Virus record (IMG/VR): IMGVR_UViG_3300021256_000092
DNA: 64,000 nt
Source: an uncultured virus (IMG/VR IMGVR_UViG_3300021256_000092)
Lineage: Duplodnaviria; Heunggongvirae; Uroviricota; Caudoviricetes
Strand: one strand, 5' to 3'
Both the position numbers and the translations under genes were made by a program. Below, one piece after another: positions 58,908 through 64,000 of the stretch (position 1 is its first letter; each line of letters opens with the position of its first letter). The notes under the pieces were generated by a model. That model searched no databases. It had not been told where the DNA came from and saw only the letters and a list, made by a program, of their open reading frames with translations.

Positions 58908-59741
58908 ATGGAGGAAAAATTAATGAAGTATTCTAATCGTGGCATTTTCGTAGGAATGAGTAGTGAATTTGCAAAGGCAATGTTTGGCAAGATGATGCTC
59001 AATGCTAGAGCAGAGGAAAATCCTAATCCCAATTCTAATCCCGACCCCAACAATCCAAATGGTGGCAATCCGACACCCGCACCCACAATCAATTATGAAG
59101 ACCTTATTTCTAAAGCGCGGGCAGAAGAAAAAGCGAAACAGTACAAAGAGATTGAGAGGTTAAAGACTCAGATTCAGACCCTTACTGAACAGCATAACAA
59201 GGATTTGCTTGTTGTAGCTGAACTGAATGAGAAGAGTAAGGCGCTTGAGACTAAACTTACAGAAGCGGGCAAGGGAGATACCGAACAGGTTAAGACTCTT
59301 AAGAGTGAGATTGAGAACCTTAAGACACAGGTTTCAACTCTTACTGCTGAAAACGAGGAACTTAAGAAGAACACCGTTGAAGAGTCCGAGGTAGAAGCTA
59401 GAGTAAGAGCACAGTTAGAGGCAGAGTACACAGTAAAGAACCACAAGGTTGAAATCCTTGCACAGCATAAGGATGATTTGCTTGTCCCCGAGCTTGTTAT
59501 GGGTGATACAGTTGAAGCACTTGATGCATCACTTGAACAGGCTCTTAAGAGAAGTGAAGAAATCCGTGCTAAGATTGGCGGTACTAAGGAGAAGAAGACA
59601 ACGACCCCTACAACACGTACTGCAAAGAGTCCGAGTGCAGGTGGTGATTCTATAGGAAACTATTCTGCTGAGTATATCGCTTCTTTAGACCCACGTTCTG
59701 AGGAATATAAAGAGTTCCGCAAGAAATTGGGTTTAAGATAA
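58908..59741 (+). CDS. Capsid scaffold protein
   Basis: Long coiled coil between portal and capsid; ends EYKEFRKKLG. Confidence 0.75.
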   Translation: MEEKLMKYSNRGIFVGMSSEFAKAMFGKMMLNARAEENPNPNSNPDPNNPNGGNPTPAPTINYEDLISKARAEEKAKQYKEIERLKTQIQTLTEQHNKDLLVVAELNEKSKALETKLTEAGKGDTEQVKTLKSEIENLKTQVSTLTAENEELKKNTVEESEVEARVRAQLEAEYTVKNHKVEILAQHKDDLLVPELVMGDTVEALDASLEQALKRSEEIRAKIGGTKEKKTTTPTTRTAKSPSAGGDSIGNYSAEYIASLDPRSEEYKEFRKKLGLR

Positions 59742-59805
59742 ATAAGAAGAACTGCAACCAAAACCATTAAATAAAAAGCTACAATTTCCTAGGAGGTTAG
59801 TGTAA

Positions 59806-60858
59806 ATGAAAAAGTACACACTTTTGGCATTAATTCGTGCTTTAGCACTTAATGCTTCTTTAGCAATTAATGCTTATGCTGATGTTACAACTGCGGTCTC
59901 AACTGAGAATCAGGGTGTTCCACTTTCAGCGGCAATTCGTGCAGTATATTCAAATGAAATCGAGTTCAAGGCTCTTCCACTCATGCGTTTCGCTCAGTTC
60001 GCTACTGAGAAAACAGAGTTAGGAACACAGCCGGGTCTTTCCATCTCAATGCTGTCATATGACAACCTTAAGCTTGGTGGCAAGCTTGTTGAGAATGTGC
60101 CTATGCAGTCACAGGCTCTTGCAGGTTCTCTCAAGCAGATTACCGTTACTGAGCATGGTAACGCAGTATCAAATTCTGAACTTCTCATTGAGTCTTCTTT
60201 CGATGATGTTATGGCTACAACCACAACTCTTCTTGGCAGAGACTACGCTATGGTTCTTGATACAGAGCTTCGTGATACAGCTCTTTCGGGAACAAATGTA
60301 ATCTACGCAAGAAAAGCGAACGGAACAGTAGTTACAAGCAGAGCAGGTCTTATCGACGAGTGTACCTTTAAGGTATCTACTGTTAAGGATGCTCTTGAGA
60401 TTCTTTCAACAAACAATGCTCCAAAGCGTGAGGGCTATTGGATTTGCTTTGTTCACCCACATCAGAGCAGAGGTCTCAGAGATGATTCTACTTGGATAAA
60501 TGCCTCAAACTACGGCGCTCCCGAACAGCTTTTCAATGGTGAGATTGGAAGAATTGATGATACTCGTTTCATTGAGACTTCTATCATGTCAAACGGCGCA
60601 GCTTCCGCAACAAATCCGGCTTATGATGAGACTCTTGTTCACGGCTATGAAGATGCAGACCACAATGTAAACGCAGTTGATGTTTACAAGGCTTGTATCT
60701 TTGGTGACAGATACTACGGTATCGCTTGGGCGCTTCCTGTAGAGCTGAGAGATAATGGCATACAGGACTACGGACGTACACGTTCCCTTGCTTGGTACGC
60801 TATCTATGGTACAGGCATTCTGAACAATGATTACGGTGTAGTTATCGAGACAGCCTAA
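59806..60858 (+). CDS. Major capsid protein (N4 gp56-like HK97 fold)
   Basis: RFAQFA...ELG..PG, EHGNAV, FVHPHQ, GEIGRIDDTRFIET, DYGR...LAWY. Confidence 0.9.
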   Translation: MKKYTLLALIRALALNASLAINAYADVTTAVSTENQGVPLSAAIRAVYSNEIEFKALPLMRFAQFATEKTELGTQPGLSISMLSYDNLKLGGKLVENVPMQSQALAGSLKQITVTEHGNAVSNSELLIESSFDDVMATTTTLLGRDYAMVLDTELRDTALSGTNVIYARKANGTVVTSRAGLIDECTFKVSTVKDALEILSTNNAPKREGYWICFVHPHQSRGLRDDSTWINASNYGAPEQLFNGEIGRIDDTRFIETSIMSNGAASATNPAYDETLVHGYEDADHNVNAVDVYKACIFGDRYYGIAWALPVELRDNGIQDYGRTRSLAWYAIYGTGILNNDYGVVIETA

Positions 60859-60880
60859 GTCTTAGAAAGCGAGGGTGCTT

Positions 60881-61258
60881 ATGTCTAAGAAATATAACTA
60901 TATCAAACAGGCTATTTTCTATGCTAACGAAAAGCCCGATATGCTTGCAAAGCTCCTTGAGGGAGTTGTTTCCGATGTAGTTGCAAAGACAGAACTTTTC
61001 GGGGCAGATTCAATCGAGATTCCCACAGGTGAAACACCTAATACTTCAACCTACACAGCAAAGACTTTCAGCCAGTTCGGTGATGAGATGACTACTCCGC
61101 CTACAATTACTCTGAAAGCAGAAGTAACAGGTGTTACTTTAAGTGAGGGTGTTGTAAGCGTTGCTAGTACAGCGACAGCTGAGTCCTTTACTCTTGTAGC
61201 AACAAGCGGTTCTGTTACATCAGAAAAGGTAGTAGCATTGAAAGTTGCTAATGCGTAA
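60881..61258 (+). CDS. Ig-like head decoration protein
   Basis: T/S/V-rich beta pattern directly after MCP. Confidence 0.55.
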   Translation: MSKKYNYIKQAIFYANEKPDMLAKLLEGVVSDVVAKTELFGADSIEIPTGETPNTSTYTAKTFSQFGDEMTTPPTITLKAEVTGVTLSEGVVSVASTATAESFTLVATSGSVTSEKVVALKVANA

Positions 61259-61325
61259 ATGTAAATTTTAGGGGAGAGGGAGACTATAATCTTCCCTCTC
61301 CTTATTTTTTAGGAGGAATTTTATC

Positions 61326-61670
61326 ATGGCATTTAAGAAGAATAAGAAAACTGAGGAAGCTGTTGAGACTAACAACATCGAGATTAATGATGCAGTAGAG
61401 AATGCAGAAGAGACACCACAGGAGAGCGCAGAAGAGACTCCAAACGTGGAGAATGTAGATGCCAAGCCTGTTGTTGAGGTAAATCTTTCAGCGCCGAAAG
61501 AAGATGAGAGGACAGAAGTAAAAGAAAAGACCACCCGCATTAAGATGAAAGTAGACCACAAGTGCTTTATCGGCGGTCAGTGGTATTATCTCGATAAGGG
61601 AGAGATTTACAATGTGCCTTTCAATGTTAAAGCTATTCTTTGCAGAGCGGGAGTTTTAGACCCACTTTGA
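61326..61670 (+). CDS. Hypothetical virion-associated protein
   Basis: AGGAGG RBS; G..Y.VP...A..L...G motif. Confidence 0.55.
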   Translation: MAFKKNKKTEEAVETNNIEINDAVENAEETPQESAEETPNVENVDAKPVVEVNLSAPKEDERTEVKEKTTRIKMKVDHKCFIGGQWYYLDKGEIYNVPFNVKAILCRAGVLDPL

Positions 61671-61691
61671 TTTTAATGCGGAGGTAAGTCG

Positions 61692-62522
61692 ATGATTTTT
61701 ACGCAACAGGAGTTGATACAAGCATTAAGACTTGCAGTTAATGTTGATAATCAAGAACAGGGAGTAGATGGAAGACTTAATATGACAGATGATGAGTTGA
61801 TGCTCTTCATTAAATTAGGTCTTTCAGAAGTGTACCCATCTTGTGAGACCCTTGATGATTTATCTATTGGTGCAGATTACCCTATTATCCTTGTATCTAA
61901 AAAGGAACTCTATCTCAAACTCGCTGTTACTTATGCTCCTTGGTATAATATTGCCGCTGAGGGTGGAAATACCCTTTCCCGCTCACAGAGATTTGAGCAT
62001 TTTATGAAGCTTGCAGAGAATGCGCAAGATGAGTATGAGAATTGGCAGAAGACAGACGGAGATATAGACCCCGAGACAGGAATTTCGGGAGTGAGAACTT
62101 ATGATGTAAGACTCAATAAGAATCACTATACTGAGAGAAACTACATTTTGGCTAAAGCTCCTGTAGTGAGAATAAAGATTGCAGAGGTTACAAATGACAG
62201 TGTTTCTTTCTCTTGGAGTTCTGCGGGAAATGACCATTTCGGAAAATACCTCGTTTATCTTAGTGAAAGTCCTGTAGTAGATATGTACCTTGACGGTTCA
62301 AAAGCAGAGAATAAGATAGCCGAGGGTGCTACACTTGTTCTGTCTACAATGGACTTCCACAATAACTACAAGAGAGTTTCGGGATTGAAAGCTGATACTA
62401 CTTATTATCTCGCTGTTTTCTCAATAGAGCGCAATCAGAGATTCGGCTATAAAGAAAAAGAATTCAGAACTGCCGAAGAGTTTGTGGCAGAAGAAACCTC
62501 AGTTGATAGTATCGGGGGTTAA
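61692..62522 (+). CDS. Head-tail adaptor with C-terminal fibronectin-III-like domain
   Basis: LRLAV...TDDEL N-terminus; SVSFSW...VSGLKADTTYYLAV. Confidence 0.65.
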   Translation: MIFTQQELIQALRLAVNVDNQEQGVDGRLNMTDDELMLFIKLGLSEVYPSCETLDDLSIGADYPIILVSKKELYLKLAVTYAPWYNIAAEGGNTLSRSQRFEHFMKLAENAQDEYENWQKTDGDIDPETGISGVRTYDVRLNKNHYTERNYILAKAPVVRIKIAEVTNDSVSFSWSSAGNDHFGKYLVYLSESPVVDMYLDGSKAENKIAEGATLVLSTMDFHNNYKRVSGLKADTTYYLAVFSIERNQRFGYKEKEFRTAEEFVAEETSVDSIGG

Positions 62523-62524
62523 AG

Positions 62525-63055
62525 ATGGATAAAGATATTAGAGACGCTTTCCTTGATGGTACACAAGAAGTCTTTTCTATCCTGTTCACAGATGGATTGA
62601 ATGATGGAATAAATCTCTACCTTATGGACTTAGAACACACAATTCCGAGTCCATACGGAGAGACTAAAGTTAAGTACTATCATAAGCCTGTAAGACTTGT
62701 ATCAAAAATGCGGTCTTCAATGACAGAAAGAACCGTAGCAATAGCAGACTTGGATATACATGAAGAGCCAAATTTTGTTGTTACGGCGAAAGATTGTATT
62801 CTGAAAAATATCCCGCATGAGACAGAGGAAGATTTTGAATACCTCAGAAAGTCATACATAGAGTATAAGGGGTCTTTCTATAAAGTAGATAATGTGAGAC
62901 TCAGAGGATATGTTGAAGATACATTTCTATTCATAGTTTTTGTCTGTGAAATAGATTTAGACGTTCATTCCTTAATGGTGTGTGAAGAACCACAAGAAGA
63001 GACAGCAGAAGTTTCTGTAGAAGAGAGTACTCAAGATGAGCCACAAGAGGAATAA
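62525..63055 (+). CDS. Putative head-closure protein
   Basis: Position in neck module; YGE..., IEYKGSFYKV. Confidence 0.5.
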   Translation: MDKDIRDAFLDGTQEVFSILFTDGLNDGINLYLMDLEHTIPSPYGETKVKYYHKPVRLVSKMRSSMTERTVAIADLDIHEEPNFVVTAKDCILKNIPHETEEDFEYLRKSYIEYKGSFYKVDNVRLRGYVEDTFLFIVFVCEIDLDVHSLMVCEEPQEETAEVSVEESTQDEPQEE

Positions 63056-63057
63056 TC

Positions 63058-63534
63058 ATGGGCTTTAAATTAGAAATGCGCGGGGATTGGAACAGAGCAG
63101 GTATCTTTATGAAGAACCTTGCAGTAAAACTATTCCCCGCTTATGAAGCAAAATTTTATGAAGATGGAAATATGATACTTGAGAAGATACGTGGTCACAT
63201 ATCTTCTCAAGATTTGGATTGGGCTGAATTATCACCACATACAATAGAATTAAAAGGTGGTGATGATACTATCTACGTTGAGACAGGGAAGCTCAGAGAT
63301 GGGCTTGAAGTAAGAAGAGTAAAGTCTGTAGCTAGAGGAGTAAGCATCTTTGTAGGAGCATCACCATGGAAGAAGCATGACGGAGTCCCCTTTGACAGTC
63401 TTATGATTTGGCTAGAGTATGGTACTGATAGAATGCCCGCAAGACCTTTGATAAGACCCACGTATGAAGAGGTTAAAGATTTAATCACTAAAGAGTGGGA
63501 AGCTGAGTTGAAAGATATAATACATAAGTGTTAA
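63058..63534 (+). CDS. HK97 gp10-like/neck protein
   Basis: W..LS..T...KG, ETG.L, LEYGT.RMPARPLIRP. Confidence 0.75.
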   Translation: MGFKLEMRGDWNRAGIFMKNLAVKLFPAYEAKFYEDGNMILEKIRGHISSQDLDWAELSPHTIELKGGDDTIYVETGKLRDGLEVRRVKSVARGVSIFVGASPWKKHDGVPFDSLMIWLEYGTDRMPARPLIRPTYEEVKDLITKEWEAELKDIIHKC

Positions 63535-63546
63535 GGAGTAAGTACT

Positions 63547-64000
63547 ATGTCTTCAAATGTTTGGTATCAAGAAGTTGATATGGGGCTTGTGAATGAAATC
63601 CGTTCAAGTGTGAAATACATAAATGAGAGCGGAGAAGAAGTTGCAATCAAGCCTAAAGCTGTTTGGGTGAGAGACCCCGAAGAAGAATTTAAGGAAGAGA
63701 ATTATCCGTGTGTGACAGTATCTTCTTTGTATGATAGATTTGACCCAAAGAGATGGAGTATAAATCCGTCTTTCATAGGAATTGATAAGCCTAACAATCA
63801 GATTATCCTACAAGACCCATCAGTTCCTTATAATCTGTTTTATCAGATTGATTTTTGGGCGCGATATAAAGAAGACATTAACTGTATGACAAGAACATGG
63901 TTACAGAATCATAATAGAGCATTCAATCTTACAGTTACAGATGATGGCGGTGAAGTAAGAAGTTGTAATGCAATCAAGAATGAGGATATGAAGACAAGTA
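63547..64000 (+). CDS. Putative tail terminator (truncated by window end)
   Basis: AAGGAG RBS, ATG 63547, open to the end; YP.VTV...PYNL.YQIDFWA. Confidence 0.55.
   Translation, partial: MSSNVWYQEVDMGLVNEIRSSVKYINESGEEVAIKPKAVWVRDPEEEFKEENYPCVTVSSLYDRFDPKRWSINPSFIGIDKPNNQIILQDPSVPYNLFYQIDFWARYKEDINCMTRTWLQNHNRAFNLTVTDDGGEVRSCNAIKNEDMKTS

Noticed and set aside
234..63488. Minus-strand ORFs in the track (e.g. 7387-7929, 38607-39176, 51761-52210)
   Set aside because: Antisense shadows of well-supported + strand genes, with no RBS or motifs.

Overview
A 64-kb, AT-rich segment of a tailed dsDNA phage. The host is most likely a Firmicute (Clostridia-like), judging from SpoVS, choline-binding-type endolysin repeats, AGGAGG RBSs and sigmaA promoters. 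Essentially all real genes are on the + strand. In order: (1) the 3' end of a DGR target gene with a complete diversity-generating retroelement (VR, hairpin, avd, TR, RT); (2) a seven-gene block of unknown function ending in a ferritin-like gene; (3) lysis; (4) replication/recombination (SF2 helicase, DnaC-like loader, DnaB, primase, SSB, HU, PolA, RecA, nucleases); (5) a 7-deazaguanine DNA-modification region (queD, queE, a queC::radical-SAM fusion, folE, dpdA-like) interleaved with an S26 signal peptidase, spoVS, a tRNA-like RNA and small leader-bearing proteins; (6) a non-coding/tandem-repeat region and putative early genes separated by conserved RNA structures; (7) an array of small hypervariable ORFs joined by a GAAAGTGAGGA motif; (8) ligase, terminase, portal, scaffold, capsid and head-completion genes. 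The most novel leads are a shared [IL]NAxA N-terminal leader on capsid, scaffold and two distant proteins together with a phage-encoded signal peptidase, the QueC-radical SAM/SPASM fusion, a three-copy cruciform+AT-tract element, and four covarying switch-like RNA structures. All calls come from motif recognition by eye; no searches were run.
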